Positions 30,905 to 42,700 are shown, counted from the stretch's first letter. The stretch: DNA of 64,000 nt from Pseudomonadota bacterium (GCA_051745735.1 JBNJEJ010000003.1:13656-77655), one strand, 5' to 3'. Translations and numbers: made by a program. The notes: generated by a model not told the origin, from the sequence alone.

Positions 30905-32323
30905 TCAATTGTCCTCGCTCAATTGTTGCCAATCGAATTGCTGCTGACTGCGCACCACTCCCAACCAGCAAATCAAGCCCGATACCGCACAGGCAGTTAA
31001 AGCCGCTACGTAAAAACCGATCATAAAATAACTGACTAAGCCACTTAGGGTACCGATAGCCATCCCCAGGGCGGCGTACTTACCGGTTAAACGACCAAAA
31101 TACAGTCCCAGTACAATTGGCCAAATCGTACTGGCAACGAAAGCGCCGGCAAAATTTAGCAGTCCACCTAAAGTCGCTATGCGCGGCAGACACAGCAGCC
31201 AGGTCATGATACCCAACGCCAAAATGCATAACCGGTTAAAGCGCATCAGGGTTTTATCGCTCGCCGCAGGCTTAATTTTTTTATGGAACAGATCCTGAGT
31301 CACCAGATCGGAGGTAGCAGCCAGTAATGAATCCAGGCTGGATGCCAATGCCGAAAAAATAACAATAAACACAATCACCGCACCGGCTTTTCCCAGTACC
31401 GCGGCGGCTACTGTTGGACCTATCATATCCGGACTGGGTGGAAAAATCCCCAGTTTAGGTGCCGCCAAAGCGATAAAACCGGTCACAATCGGGATCGGCA
31501 ACCACATTAAACCGGCGGTAACATAGGCTTTATAGGCAACGTTTTTCTTGAACGACAAGGCCCGTGACCACCACACATTGGAATGAAAGATTTCGCCCAG
31601 ACCAAAAAAAATATTATTAAATAAAAACATGACCGCTGCCGGAAACAGCACATCCAGCAGTTTCGGGCTACGTTGCGACAGGTTGTCATGAATACTGCTT
31701 AAACCGACGTTATCGATAAGCCAGTACGCAATAACACTCACCCCGATGATGATGATCAGGGCCTGAATAAAGTCCGTTGCAATGACTGCCCGCATGCCGC
31801 CAAATAACGTGTAGCCAACACAAATCAGCAAAATGGCCGACATACCAACGTGATAATCGAGTCCGCTCAGAGATTCCAGCAAAATACCGCCAGCCATGCC
31901 CAGGCTGATCAACCAGGCAAATGCGTAAACCAGCGAAATAACAATAAAAACCCACCAGGCGGCAGGCCCGTATCGTAACCGGATAAAGTCGCCTGAGGTG
32001 TAGCCGTTAGGGAGCAGCGCCTTGATGCGCTTTGCCATCGGCGCAAATAATAACAACCCCAGGGCGGCAAACGAGTAGCCAACCATACCCCATAAACCAA
32101 ACTGATAGGTCAACTGTGGTGCCACCAGCGTCGTATTACTGGTGACCCAGGTTGCCATGGCTGTCGCAGCGGCAAAAGCAAAGCCCACGTTACGTCCGGC
32201 CAGGGCAAAATCTTCGTGGCTTTTATTCTTCCGGCCCAGCCAGTAACCAAACAAAACCCAGGCAACACCAAAAACTGCCACAATGGTCAAACCCAACCAG
32301 CGATCCAGTGCAAATTCGGTCAT
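30905..32323 (-). CDS. Sodium:solute symporter (SSS/SLC5; DUR3/urea-transporter-like)
   Basis: About 13 TMs, EDFALAGRNVG, YTLFGGMRAVIATD.IQ, SSLDSLLAATS. Confidence 0.88.
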   Translation of the reverse strand: MTEFALDRWLGLTIVAVFGVAWVLFGYWLGRKNKSHEDFALAGRNVGFAFAAATAMATWVTSNTTLVAPQLTYQFGLWGMVGYSFAALGLLLFAPMAKRIKALLPNGYTSGDFIRLRYGPAAWWVFIVISLVYAFAWLISLGMAGGILLESLSGLDYHVGMSAILLICVGYTLFGGMRAVIATDFIQALIIIIGVSVIAYWLIDNVGLSSIHDNLSQRSPKLLDVLFPAAVMFLFNNIFFGLGEIFHSNVWWSRALSFKKNVAYKAYVTAGLMWLPIPIVTGFIALAAPKLGIFPPSPDMIGPTVAAAVLGKAGAVIVFIVIFSALASSLDSLLAATSDLVTQDLFHKKIKPAASDKTLMRFNRLCILALGIMTWLLCLPRIATLGGLLNFAGAFVASTIWPIVLGLYFGRLTGKYAALGMAIGTLSGLVSYFMIGFYVAALTACAVSGLICWLGVVRSQQQFDWQQLSEDN

Positions 32324-32835
32324 TAGCTTGCTTCCCTGCTTGTTGCCGCTTTATGCTGATGCTGTATATGCGAACGGATAATGGTGACAACTAAGGCGAC
32401 AAACATCAGCAGCCCGACAGTAAACAAGCCGAGTGCTTGCCACAACGGATAGTGCTGCACGGTTACCTTGATAACGTTGCTGGGTTGTTCAACAGGTTCG
32501 GCTGTGGCCCTTAAAAAATACGTGCCATTGCTAAAACCGCTTAAGGAGAGCTGTTGAAAATCGTTAAGTGCAGGAAATCGACGGACGTTTTCGCTAAACT
32601 TGGGATCCTGAGCAGCTTCTATGATCAAACCGGGTGAAGCACTGCTGCCATTACCGCCGCGCACCGTAACGGTTACCGTAAAGTAGCCTTCTTTTACGGT
32701 CTGCTGAGGGCCGCTGAGCTGCAATTGGCGAGCACAGGCATCCTCAGCAAGAAGCATAAAAAAGCATAGGCTCAGCAGGCTGTATAAACACTTAGCACCG
32801 ATTAAGGCTTTCCCCATGGGCCGCTTTACTCGCAT
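32323..32835 (-). CDS. Hypothetical exported protein with beta-sandwich-like domain and C-terminal TM anchor
   Basis: Signal-like N-terminus, GTYFLRA beta-strand motif, C-terminal TM; TAATG overlap with the symporter; exact start uncertain. Confidence 0.7.
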   Translation of the reverse strand: MRVKRPMGKALIGAKCLYSLLSLCFFMLLAEDACARQLQLSGPQQTVKEGYFTVTVTVRGGNGSSASPGLIIEAAQDPKFSENVRRFPALNDFQQLSLSGFSNGTYFLRATAEPVEQPSNVIKVTVQHYPLWQALGLFTVGLLMFVALVVTIIRSHIQHQHKAATSREAS

Positions 32836-32987
32836 GTAAAATAGGAAAACTCAGGCTATCAGCCCGGTATGTCGATTTCAACTTATTGACCGCCAGCTAA
32901 AAAATCAAAAACTTTTTCGCACCGGTCAACGTAATGTTTAGCAGGATCAATAGCGCTTATTAATTAACTACAGGACGCGGCCCAGAT

Positions 32988-33359
32988 ATGATGTATCTTT
33001 GCAGTTTAGGTTCGAACATCGAACCGGAGATTCACTTTTCCAGAGCAAAACATTACTTAGCCAAGCTTTCCGAACAGCTGGAGTTTTCCCGTGATATTGT
33101 TACGCAACCCGTTGGTATTCAAACCAACAAGCCTTTTTTAAATGCGCTTTTCACCCTCGAAACACCGCTTTCTGAACAGCAACTTAAGCAGCAATTTAAT
33201 GCCATAGAGGAAACTCTGGGACGCGACCGCTCAGATCCCGACTGCAGCATCAAAGATCGACCCATCGACATTGATATCTTAGGCGAAGTTAATGCTAATC
33301 CCGAAGTTCCTCATTATTTAAACTCGTTAGAAACTGAATTGTTAGGTGACCAAATATGA
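32988..33359 (+). CDS. HPPK (FolK)-like pyrophosphokinase, short form
   Basis: SLGSNI, FLNA, IEETLGR, RPIDIDIL. Confidence 0.82.
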   Translation: MMYLCSLGSNIEPEIHFSRAKHYLAKLSEQLEFSRDIVTQPVGIQTNKPFLNALFTLETPLSEQQLKQQFNAIEETLGRDRSDPDCSIKDRPIDIDILGEVNANPEVPHYLNSLETELLGDQI

Positions 33360-34063
33360 CCAAAGTGGCTTTAATTACAGGTGCCGGCAGACGGTTTGGC
33401 TATCAACTGGCTGACACCCTGCTGGACCAGGGCTATACCGTATTTGCCCATTACAACAACTCCAAACAGGGTGTCGAAAAACTGGAGCAAAAAGGTGCTA
33501 TTGGTTTACAGGCGGACTTTAACAATAACCAGGCCATTGATGAGCTGATCAGTCGTGTCAAAGAACAAACTAAACATCTGGATTTGCTGGTTAACAACGC
33601 CTCCTGCTTTTTTGATAATGAAGCCGTTAACACCAGTAATGATAACCTTGCTGCTGTATACCAGGTTCATGCGGTAGCTCCCTACAAACTGATTCATGGC
33701 TTACAGCATCTGCTGGCCGTTGCCAATGATGGTCTGGTCATCAACATCACAGATATTTACAGCGACCGCCCCTCTACGGATTACATCGCTTATTGCGGCG
33801 CAAAATCGGCTTTGGCTAATATGACCCTTGGTTTTGCTAAAAGTCTGGCTCCTAATATCCGTGTTAACGCCATACAGCCCGGGCCTATTTTATTTTTACC
33901 GGAACATGACGACGAACACCGCCGAACGGTTTTGGCAGAAACGCCGCTGAACATTGAGGGTGGCCTGCAGCCTATGATTGAAACAGTAAAATTTTTGCGT
34001 GACAACCCGTTTTTAACAGGCGAATCGATTAAAGTGGATGGTGGTCGAGCTTTGAAAATTTAA
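33356..34063 (+). CDS. Pteridine reductase/FolM-like SDR
   Basis: TGAGRRFG, VNNAS, INITD, YCGAK, VNAIQPG; ATGA overlap with the FolK-like gene. Confidence 0.82.
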   Translation: MTKVALITGAGRRFGYQLADTLLDQGYTVFAHYNNSKQGVEKLEQKGAIGLQADFNNNQAIDELISRVKEQTKHLDLLVNNASCFFDNEAVNTSNDNLAAVYQVHAVAPYKLIHGLQHLLAVANDGLVINITDIYSDRPSTDYIAYCGAKSALANMTLGFAKSLAPNIRVNAIQPGPILFLPEHDDEHRRTVLAETPLNIEGGLQPMIETVKFLRDNPFLTGESIKVDGGRALKI

Positions 34064-34081
34064 GTCTTCTGTTGTCGGTAA

Positions 34082-34117
34082 AATAAAAAGGCCTTCACAA
34101 AGAAGGCCTTTTTTATT
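34082..34117. terminator. Bidirectional rho-independent terminator
   Basis: aataaaaaggccttc-acaaa-gaaggccttttttatt. Confidence 0.9.
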
Positions 34118-34143
34118 CACTTTAAATTGCAACCCTGCGTTTG

Positions 34144-36816
34144 CTATTTGAGCATTTCACGCAGCACATAATGCAGAATGCCGCCATTTTTGTAGTAACT
34201 CATCTCGTTGCCGGTATCGATACGACATTTAACCGGAAACTCAACTTGCTCACCATTTTTACGCTTGGCAACAACGTTCAGCATTTGTCCTGGCTTGAGC
34301 TCATTATCCAGCCCCAATACCGATATTTCTTCGTCACCGGTAAGGCCGTGAGCTTCTATACCCTGACCGTCTTCAAACTGCAGCGGCAGAACACCCATGC
34401 CAACCAGGTTGGAGCGATGGATCCGTTCATAGCTTTCAGCAATAACCGCTTTGACGCCCAACAAACGAGTACCTTTAGCAGCCCAGTCGCGACTTGAACC
34501 GGTACCGTATTCTTTACCCGCTAAAACCACCAGCGGCGTATCGTTTTCCATGTACTTCATGGCCGCATCGTAAATGGCCATTTGTTCACCAGTTGGAATG
34601 TAGCGGGTAAAACCACCCTCAACATCATCCAGCATTTGATTTTTGATGCGAATATTGGCAAAAGTACCGCGCATCATGACTTCGTGATTACCCCGGCGCG
34701 AGCCGTACGAGTTAAAGTCTTTAACCGCGACCCCATTTTCCTGCAGATATTTACCTGCCGGAGAGTCACCTTTTATCGCCCCTGCCGGAGAAATGTGATC
34801 GGTGGTAATCGAGTCGGCAAAGACAGCCAGTACGTTAGCGTTTTCAATATTACCTGGCTGGACCAAGGGTTGATCAATGCCTTCAAAGAAAGGCGGATTT
34901 TTAACGTAAGTTGAATCCTCGCGCCAGTCATACACGTTACCCTCGGCAACGCTAATGCTTTGCCATTCGTCATCACCTTCGAACACTTCGGCGTATTCTT
35001 TGCGGAACATTTCATTGTCCACAGTTTTTACTGCTTCAGCAATTTCTGCCGAGCTCGGCCAGATGTCTTTTAAATAAACATCCTTACCGTCACTGTCCTG
35101 ACCCAGTGGGTCTTTACTTAAGTCAGTGCGTGTTGTTCCAGCCAGGGCATAAGCAACAACCAAAGGTGGTGACGCTAACCAGTTAGCTTTAACGTCGGGA
35201 TGCACCCGCCCCTCAAAGTTACGGTTGCCCGAAAGCACTGAGGATACTGTCAGGTCACCTTCCTTTATGGCCTCACCAATTTCATCGTCAAGGGGGCCTG
35301 AGTTACCAATACAGGTAGTGCAACCATAGCCCACCAGATGAAATCCAAGGTCTTCCATGTAAGGCGTGAAACCGGCTTTATCAAGATAATCGGTGACAAC
35401 CTTCGAGCCTGGCGCAAATGACGATTTAACCCAGGGCTTACGCATCAAACCTTTTTCGATGGCTTTTTTAGCTACCAATCCGGCCGCCATCAGAACACTG
35501 GGGTTTGAGGTGTTGGTACAGGATGTGATCGCAGCAATTACAACGTCACCATGTTGCAGATTGTAATCTTTACCGGCAACCGGGATTTCTTTATCTTTTT
35601 CTGCTGCTTTGCCGTTATTTTCGAGCAGTAAATCAAAGTTGCTGCCAAGCTGTTCCATGTCCACACGATCCTGCGGACGTTTAGGTCCTGCCAGACATGC
35701 GCTGACAGAGCTCAGGTCCAACTCCATAGAATCGGTAAACTCAGGTTCATTGTCGTTTGAACGCCACAAGCCCTGCGCTTTACAGTAATCTTCAACCAAT
35801 GCCAGGGTTTGCTCATCCCGGCCAGACAGACGCATATAGTTGATGGTCTCATTATCGACCGGGAAGAAACCACAGGTTGCGCCGTACTCAGGTGCCATGT
35901 TCGAAATGGTAGCGCGGTCAGCCAGCGGCAGGTTATCCAGCCCGGGACCGTAAAACTCGACAAACTTACCGACAACGCCTTTTTTCCGCAGCATTTGGGT
36001 AACCGTCAGTACCAAATCAGTCGCTGTTACGCCTTCGGGTAATTTGCCGGTCATGCGGAAACCAACGACTTCAGGGATCAGCATCGATACCGGTTGGCCT
36101 AACATAGCGGCCTCAGCTTCGATTCCGCCAACACCCCAGCCTAATACGCCCAGCGCGTTGATCATAGTGGTGTGCGAATCGGTACCGACTAAGGTATCGG
36201 GATAAGCGACGGTGCTGCCGTCTTCTTGTTCTTTGGTCCAGACGCTTTTGCCTAGATATTCCAGATTAACCTGGTGGCAAATCCCGGTACCCGGTGGTAC
36301 AACGCGGAAATTTTTAAAGGCGCCCTGCCCCCACTTTAAAAATTCGTAGCGCTCGTTATTGCGCTCCATCTCAATTTTTACGTTCTGTTTAAAAGCTTCC
36401 GGCGTTGCGTATTTGTCGACCATGACGGAATGGTCGATTACCAAGTCGACCGGTGACAGCGGGTTAATCACTTCGGGATTATGACCCGCTTTATTAACCG
36501 CATCGCGCATGGCCGCCAAATCGACAATACCGGGTACGCCGGTAAAATCCTGCATCAGTACCCGCGCTGGGCGATACTGAATTTCACGGTCAATTTTCTT
36601 TTCTTTCAACCAATTGACCATAGCCTGCAGGTCGTCTTGGGTAACCGTTTCACCATCTTCATTGCGCAGTAAGTTTTCCAGCAATACTTTCATCGAAGCC
36701 GGAAGCTTATCGATATTTCCTAATGACTTAGCTGCTTTAGGCAAACTGTAGTAGTTGTAACTTTTGCCCTTAACATCCAATGTACTTAACGTATCCAGAC
36801 TGTTTTTGCCTGACAT
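34144..36816 (-). CDS. acnA: Aconitate hydratase A
   Basis: [45 protein letters not shown]; start at ATG 36816 with GGGAGA RBS. Confidence 0.97.
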   Translation of the reverse strand: MSGKNSLDTLSTLDVKGKSYNYYSLPKAAKSLGNIDKLPASMKVLLENLLRNEDGETVTQDDLQAMVNWLKEKKIDREIQYRPARVLMQDFTGVPGIVDLAAMRDAVNKAGHNPEVINPLSPVDLVIDHSVMVDKYATPEAFKQNVKIEMERNNERYEFLKWGQGAFKNFRVVPPGTGICHQVNLEYLGKSVWTKEQEDGSTVAYPDTLVGTDSHTTMINALGVLGWGVGGIEAEAAMLGQPVSMLIPEVVGFRMTGKLPEGVTATDLVLTVTQMLRKKGVVGKFVEFYGPGLDNLPLADRATISNMAPEYGATCGFFPVDNETINYMRLSGRDEQTLALVEDYCKAQGLWRSNDNEPEFTDSMELDLSSVSACLAGPKRPQDRVDMEQLGSNFDLLLENNGKAAEKDKEIPVAGKDYNLQHGDVVIAAITSCTNTSNPSVLMAAGLVAKKAIEKGLMRKPWVKSSFAPGSKVVTDYLDKAGFTPYMEDLGFHLVGYGCTTCIGNSGPLDDEIGEAIKEGDLTVSSVLSGNRNFEGRVHPDVKANWLASPPLVVAYALAGTTRTDLSKDPLGQDSDGKDVYLKDIWPSSAEIAEAVKTVDNEMFRKEYAEVFEGDDEWQSISVAEGNVYDWREDSTYVKNPPFFEGIDQPLVQPGNIENANVLAVFADSITTDHISPAGAIKGDSPAGKYLQENGVAVKDFNSYGSRRGNHEVMMRGTFANIRIKNQMLDDVEGGFTRYIPTGEQMAIYDAAMKYMENDTPLVVLAGKEYGTGSSRDWAAKGTRLLGVKAVIAESYERIHRSNLVGMGVLPLQFEDGQGIEAHGLTGDEEISVLGLDNELKPGQMLNVVAKRKNGEQVEFPVKCRIDTGNEMSYYKNGGILHYVLREMLK

Positions 36817-36994
36817 AGTACTCTCCCATTCGCTGTGAGCATTTATCGTGCTTAAAGCATAACACACTGTTAACTGACTTAAATATAGTCAATCAGCAGC
36901 CATTCAGCCATACTTTTAATCACAACAGTCAAAGACGTTTTACAACCAATTCGATACACTATCGCAAGGAATTAGAAAACAAAGGATCGTCGTC

Positions 36995-37870
36995 ATGAGT
37001 CAAGTACTGGATAATTTATTAAACTTACTGAAATTGGAAACCATTGAGCAGGGCATTTATCGCGGTAACAGTCAGGATCTTGGCTTTGGTGCTGTATTCG
37101 GTGGTCAGGTTATTGGGCAAGCGTTGTCGGCAGCTAAAGAAACCTTACCGTCGGAACGTGGCGCGCATTCTTTTCACAGCTACTTTTTGCGGCCCGGCGA
37201 CCCTCGCAAGCCCATTGTTTACGACGTTGAAGTGATTCGCGACGGCAACAGCATTTCTACCCGGCGGGTTAAAGCCATTCAAAACGGTAAACCGATTTTT
37301 CATATGACAGCGTCCTTTCAGCAGGACGAAATCGGTTTTAATCACCAGGATGCCATGCCGGTTGTACCCGGCCCTGAAGGGCTGGAATCCGATATCGACA
37401 TTTATCTGCAGCACCAGGACTTAATCCCGGCTTCGATCCGCAATAAATTTATTTGTGAAAAGCCAATCGAGATGCGTTTCGTCACCGCCTACAATCCGTT
37501 TAAACCAGAACCTGACGAAGCCAAACGTTATGTCTGGCTTAAAGCCAACGGCGAAATGCCAACTGATCTGCGGGTGCATAAATATCTGTTAGCTTACGCT
37601 TCAGATTTCAATTTTCTACCCACTGCACTGCAACCCCATGGCGTAAGCTTTGCGCAACCGGATATGCAAGTGGCTACCATCGACCACGCCATGTGGTTTC
37701 ATCGAGATTTTCGTATGGATGACTGGTTGCTGTATGCCATTGACAGCCCATCGGCCAGTGGAAACCGCGGCTTAGTGCGTGGTCAGTTGTTCAGCCGCGA
37801 CGGGTCACTGGTGGCGTCAACGATCCAAGAAGGGGTCATGCGCAAAAAACACGCTAAGCCCGAAGCCTAG
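36995..37870 (+). CDS. tesB: Acyl-CoA thioesterase II
   Basis: [36 protein letters not shown]. Confidence 0.95.
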   Translation: MSQVLDNLLNLLKLETIEQGIYRGNSQDLGFGAVFGGQVIGQALSAAKETLPSERGAHSFHSYFLRPGDPRKPIVYDVEVIRDGNSISTRRVKAIQNGKPIFHMTASFQQDEIGFNHQDAMPVVPGPEGLESDIDIYLQHQDLIPASIRNKFICEKPIEMRFVTAYNPFKPEPDEAKRYVWLKANGEMPTDLRVHKYLLAYASDFNFLPTALQPHGVSFAQPDMQVATIDHAMWFHRDFRMDDWLLYAIDSPSASGNRGLVRGQLFSRDGSLVASTIQEGVMRKKHAKPEA

Positions 37871-37871
37871 G

Positions 37872-39080
37872 TTAGCTTAACGAGAAAAAGAAGCCGGCAA
37901 TTGCGGCACTCATCATGTTGGCCATGGTAGCCGCAAGTAAGGCTCTCATACCTAAACGGGCAATGTCGTGACGGCGACTGGGGGCCATGCCACCCAGTCC
38001 GCCAAGCAAAATCGCAATGGATGAAAAGTTCGCAAAGCCGCACAAGACAAAAGTAACGATAACGCGCGAGTGTTCGCTCAGCTGTTCTTTATAATTAACA
38101 AAGTCCAGAAAGGCAACAAACTCATTGATCACCAATTTTTGACCAATAAAGCTGCCTGCTAACTGTGCTTCATCCCAGCTGACACCCAATACGTAAGCAA
38201 CAGGGCGAAAAACATAACCAAAAATTTCCTGCATCGTCAGCTCGGGGTAACCAAACCAACCACCGACCATACCAAACATGCCGTTAATCAATGCAATTAA
38301 GGCCACGAAAGCCAGCAGCATGGCACCAACGTTCATCGCTAACTGCAACCCGCTGGATGCGCCCGAAGCCGCGGCATCAATCACGTTGGCTGAGTTGTCG
38401 TCAACCTCTACTTCTTCCAGGTCGTTGCGCGGCTCCTCGATTTCAGGAATCATCATCTTAGCCATCAAAAAACCGGCCGGAGCTGCCATAAAGCTTGCCG
38501 CGATCAAATATTTTAATTCGACTCCGATGCCCGCGTAACCGGCCAATACCGAGCCCGACACAGAACTCATACCTCCCACCATGACAGCAAACAGCTCACT
38601 GCGTGTCATGGTGCCGACAAAAGGCCTTACCATCATCGGAGCTTCGGTCTGGCCAACAAAAATATTAGCGGCCGCCGACATCGATTCGGGTCTGCTGGTG
38701 TTTAATAGTTTTTGCAAACCGCCGCCCAAAATGCGGATCACCCACTTCATAATGCCTAAGTAATACAACACCGATATCAGTGAAGAGAAAAATACAATGA
38801 CACTGAGTACCTGAATGGCAAAGACAAAACCGAACTCTTCCGAAGCTAAACCACCGAACAGAAAGTTAATACCCGCCTGGGTATAGCCAATAACTGTCGA
38901 AACACCCTCAGCAAAACTGAACAACATTTCACGACCCAGCGGTACATACAAAACAAAGCCTGCCAGGGCCAGCTGAATTGCGAACGCCCCCAGCACGGTG
39001 CGCCAGCGAATCTGTTTACGATTGGTAGACAATAAATAAGCAACGAAAAAAATAATGGCAATACCGAGTACACTATTCAT
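37872..39080 (-). CDS. NupC/CNT-family nucleoside transporter
   Basis: [30 protein letters not shown]. Confidence 0.93.
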   Translation of the reverse strand: MNSVLGIAIIFFVAYLLSTNRKQIRWRTVLGAFAIQLALAGFVLYVPLGREMLFSFAEGVSTVIGYTQAGINFLFGGLASEEFGFVFAIQVLSVIVFFSSLISVLYYLGIMKWVIRILGGGLQKLLNTSRPESMSAAANIFVGQTEAPMMVRPFVGTMTRSELFAVMVGGMSSVSGSVLAGYAGIGVELKYLIAASFMAAPAGFLMAKMMIPEIEEPRNDLEEVEVDDNSANVIDAAASGASSGLQLAMNVGAMLLAFVALIALINGMFGMVGGWFGYPELTMQEIFGYVFRPVAYVLGVSWDEAQLAGSFIGQKLVINEFVAFLDFVNYKEQLSEHSRVIVTFVLCGFANFSSIAILLGGLGGMAPSRRHDIARLGMRALLAATMANMMSAAIAGFFFSLS

Positions 39081-39091
39081 AATTGACCAAC

Positions 39092-39724
39092 TTATTCCGC
39101 CAGTAACTGGCGTATTTTTGTTTTTATAATATCGATGGCAATCTCATTTTGCCCACCACGGGTTACCACTAAATCGGCGTGTTGCTTGGATGGAAAAATG
39201 TAATCAAAGAATGCAGGGCGAACATAGTTTTCATACTGTTCAGCCACAGATTGTAGCGTCCGACCGCGTTCTTCAATATCTCTTTTTATACGCCGCAACA
39301 GACAAATATCCAACGGAGTGTCCATAAAAACTGCGATATCAAACGCCTGCCGCAAGGCCGGGTCAGTTAACAGCAAAATACCCTCCACCATCAGTACTCT
39401 GGCCGGTGCCACCTGAATGGTATCCGTCACTCGGGTATGAGTGGTATGACTGTACTGGGGCATTGCAACAGAATCGCCGTTACACAAAGCTTGGATATGT
39501 GCTAACAGCAAGTCGTGTTCAAAAGCCGACGGTTGATCGTAGTTGGTCAACACCCGCTGCTCCATGGTCATATGGCTTTGGTCGCGGTAGTAAGCGTCTT
39601 CGGCAAGTATTGCGATACCGTCGCTGCCCAATTCGGCAACCAGTTCCTGATATACGGTCGAAGCAAATAAACTTTTACCAGACGCTGACGCACCGGCAAT
39701 TGCAATAACGGTCGTTTTACTCAC
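39092..39724 (-). CDS. udk: Uridine kinase
   Basis: [30 protein letters not shown]. Confidence 0.95.
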   Translation of the reverse strand: MSKTTVIAIAGASASGKSLFASTVYQELVAELGSDGIAILAEDAYYRDQSHMTMEQRVLTNYDQPSAFEHDLLLAHIQALCNGDSVAMPQYSHTTHTRVTDTIQVAPARVLMVEGILLLTDPALRQAFDIAVFMDTPLDICLLRRIKRDIEERGRTLQSVAEQYENYVRPAFFDYIFPSKQHADLVVTRGGQNEIAIDIIKTKIRQLLAE

Positions 39725-39913
39725 AGGTTGGTGTTATCCCTTTAGCGGTTGATAGCAGTTGAACGCGCGCAATTATCCTTGATTGTGGCGACAATTAAAA
39801 CCCTGCCACTGAATTTGCTTTGTCTAATTTCGTTACAATTTTGTAACTCGATTTTGTACTGTTATACAAGCTCACTCGTTATAGTGGCAATGCAAAACAT
39901 TCGTTAAGGAAAC

Positions 39914-42700
39914 TTGGTGACCATGAAAATGATAAAAACTTTAACCGCCGTTGCGGTTACGACCGCTCTTCTGGGCGGCTGTCAAATGACGCAAACAGCA
40001 AACACAGAAACTGCTGACAAGCAGCAGGTACAGCAACAATTCCCAAGTGTCACTGTTGATTACCAGACATTCACTCTGGATAACGGCTTAACTGTCGTCG
40101 TGCATGAAGACCGAAAAGCACCGATTGTAGCCGTTAACGTCTGGTACGACGTTGGTTCAAAAGACGAAAAGCCCGGTAAAACAGGGTTTGCGCACCTATT
40201 CGAACACCTGATGTTTAACGGCACTGAAAACTACGATGACGAGTATTTTGGCCCGTTTGAGCGCGCTGGTGCCACCGAGATGAATGGCACAACCAACAAT
40301 GACCGCACCAATTACTTTGAGAACGTGCCCACGCCGGCCCTTGATATGGCATTGTGGATGGAATCCGATCGCATGGGTCATTTGCTTGGTGCCGTTACCC
40401 AAGAAAAGCTCGACGAGCAACGCGGCGTTGTACAAAACGAGAAACGTCAGGGTGAGGCCCAACCTTACGGCAGAGTCTGGGGCTATCTGGCCGAGCAAAC
40501 CTTTCCTGAAGGCCACCCCTACTCATGGTCGGTGATTGGCTCGATGGATGATTTGAACAATGCGTCACTTGACGATGTTCATCAGTGGTTCAAAGATTAT
40601 TACGGCGCTTCCAATGCCGTTATTGTATTAGCGGGTGATATCGACGTTGCCACCGCTAAAGAAAAAGTAGAGCGCTATTTTGGCGATATCGAGCCGGGTA
40701 AACCGTTGAAAAAACTGGACACCTGGGTTGCTAAGCGTGATGCAACCAAACGTGCTGTCATGCAGGATGATGTGCCGGCCGCACGTATCTACCGGCTTTG
40801 GAATACAGCACAACTGGGTACTGCCGATCATGAGTATCTCAGCTTATTGTCAGATATTTTAGCCAACGGCAAAAACTCGCGACTGTATGAACGCCTGGTT
40901 TATGAAGACCAACTGGCCAGTTCTGTGGGTGGCTTTCAATTTGGCCGCGAGCTGGCAGGCCAATTTTTTATCACCGCAGATGCCAAAGCGGGTGTCGACC
41001 TGGATAAAATTGAACAAATCATTGACGAGGAACTCAACCGACTACTAGCCGAAGGCCCAACAGCGGAAGAGCTGCGGCGCACCAAATTTGGCACCACGGC
41101 CCAGTTTGTCCGACAAACGGAGAAAGTGGGTGGATTTGGCGGTAAATCTGACCTGCTTGCATCGGGTATGGTTTATCACGACAACCCGGGTTTTTATCAG
41201 CAAGAGATGGAATGGCTGAAAAATGCAACCGCAGCCGACCTGAAAGCTGCCGGTCAGCGCTGGCTGTCAGAGGGTGACTTTATTTTACATGTTGAACCTG
41301 AGCCGGATTATCAAGCTAACGAGGCCCAAGCCAGTCGCGACTCGGTTCCCGACGTGGGTGATTTACCTTTACTTGACCTTCCGCAGCTGAATACCTTCAC
41401 GCTGTCAAACGGACTCGAAGTGTACCTGGCTGAGCGCAGCGATACGCCCACCATTGAGTTCAATATGATCTTTGATGCCGGCTATGCAGCCGACGTTGCG
41501 GGCAAACCGGGCACGGCCAGTTTTGCCATGTCGATGCTGAAAGAAGGTACCGATAATTACGGCCCGATGGAGTTAGCAGCTCGACTGGAAAACTTAGGCA
41601 CCAGTTTGTCGTCAAGCGCATCGTTGGATACGTCCAACATTCGCATGGACAGCCTGACAGTTAATCTGACAGAAAGCCTTTCATTAATGAATGAAATTTT
41701 GCAGCGGCCTACCTTTCCAGAAGAAGAAATCGAGCGTAAACGGTCAATTTGGCTGGAAAAAATTGCCAAAGAACAAGCCCGCCCGCAAACCCAGGCCTTA
41801 CGGGTTTTACCTAAACTGATGTTTGGCAATGAGCATGCTTACAGCCAGCCTTTCACCGGTTCAGGTACCGTGCAGTCGATTAACGCACTGACCCGCACCG
41901 ACTTGGTCGAACACGTTACAACATGGATGCGGCCGGATAATGCGCGCTTAGTTATCGTGGGTGACACCTCCGAAGAGCAAATTAAACCATTGCTGGAACA
42001 ACAATTTGCCAGCTGGAATGCTCCGCAAGCCTCAGCGCCGTCGAAACCATTGGATCGCCCGGCACAACAGACTGATGGGCGGGTATTTTTAATCGATAAG
42101 CCCGGAACACCGCAGTCACTGATCATTGCCGGACAACTGGCACCGTCAGGCATGGTTGATAACGCCGACACCATTGATGTGATGAACACCATACTGGGTG
42201 GTAGCTTTACCAGTCGCCTTAACATGAACTTGCGCGAGGACAAGGGCTGGTCTTACGGTGCCCGGTCCATTTGGTTAGACAACTTAGGTCCCGGTTTGCT
42301 TATGGCACTGGCGCCAGTGCAAACGGACAAAACCAAGGAGTCGATCGAAGAAATCGTTAAAGAGTTTTCTCAGTACGAAGCTAAACAGCCGGCAACCGCG
42401 GACGAATTGGCGAAAGTTAAAGCCAACAAAACGGCCAAATTGCCCGGAGCTTATGAGACCAAGGGCGCATTACTGGGCGCGGTAACCGAAACCTTAAATA
42501 AAGGTAAGGATATGCAATACCTCGAGGCCTACGCACAGCGTGTTCAGGCTATCGATCTGGACAGTGTTAAAAACACCGCTCAGTCAGTGTTGCGTCCCGA
42601 TGCCATGACCTGGGTTATCGTCGGAGATTTATCACAAATTGAAGATAAAGTCCGCGAACTTAATTTGGGTGAAGTGACCATTCTGCAGGACATTGAATAA
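39914..42700 (+). CDS. M16-family zinc protease lipoprotein
   Basis: Lipobox LLGGC, HLFEH (HxxEH) motif, LREDKGWSYG; start could be 39917 or 39923. Confidence 0.92.
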   Translation: MVTMKMIKTLTAVAVTTALLGGCQMTQTANTETADKQQVQQQFPSVTVDYQTFTLDNGLTVVVHEDRKAPIVAVNVWYDVGSKDEKPGKTGFAHLFEHLMFNGTENYDDEYFGPFERAGATEMNGTTNNDRTNYFENVPTPALDMALWMESDRMGHLLGAVTQEKLDEQRGVVQNEKRQGEAQPYGRVWGYLAEQTFPEGHPYSWSVIGSMDDLNNASLDDVHQWFKDYYGASNAVIVLAGDIDVATAKEKVERYFGDIEPGKPLKKLDTWVAKRDATKRAVMQDDVPAARIYRLWNTAQLGTADHEYLSLLSDILANGKNSRLYERLVYEDQLASSVGGFQFGRELAGQFFITADAKAGVDLDKIEQIIDEELNRLLAEGPTAEELRRTKFGTTAQFVRQTEKVGGFGGKSDLLASGMVYHDNPGFYQQEMEWLKNATAADLKAAGQRWLSEGDFILHVEPEPDYQANEAQASRDSVPDVGDLPLLDLPQLNTFTLSNGLEVYLAERSDTPTIEFNMIFDAGYAADVAGKPGTASFAMSMLKEGTDNYGPMELAARLENLGTSLSSSASLDTSNIRMDSLTVNLTESLSLMNEILQRPTFPEEEIERKRSIWLEKIAKEQARPQTQALRVLPKLMFGNEHAYSQPFTGSGTVQSINALTRTDLVEHVTTWMRPDNARLVIVGDTSEEQIKPLLEQQFASWNAPQASAPSKPLDRPAQQTDGRVFLIDKPGTPQSLIIAGQLAPSGMVDNADTIDVMNTILGGSFTSRLNMNLREDKGWSYGARSIWLDNLGPGLLMALAPVQTDKTKESIEEIVKEFSQYEAKQPATADELAKVKANKTAKLPGAYETKGALLGAVTETLNKGKDMQYLEAYAQRVQAIDLDSVKNTAQSVLRPDAMTWVIVGDLSQIEDKVRELNLGEVTILQDIE

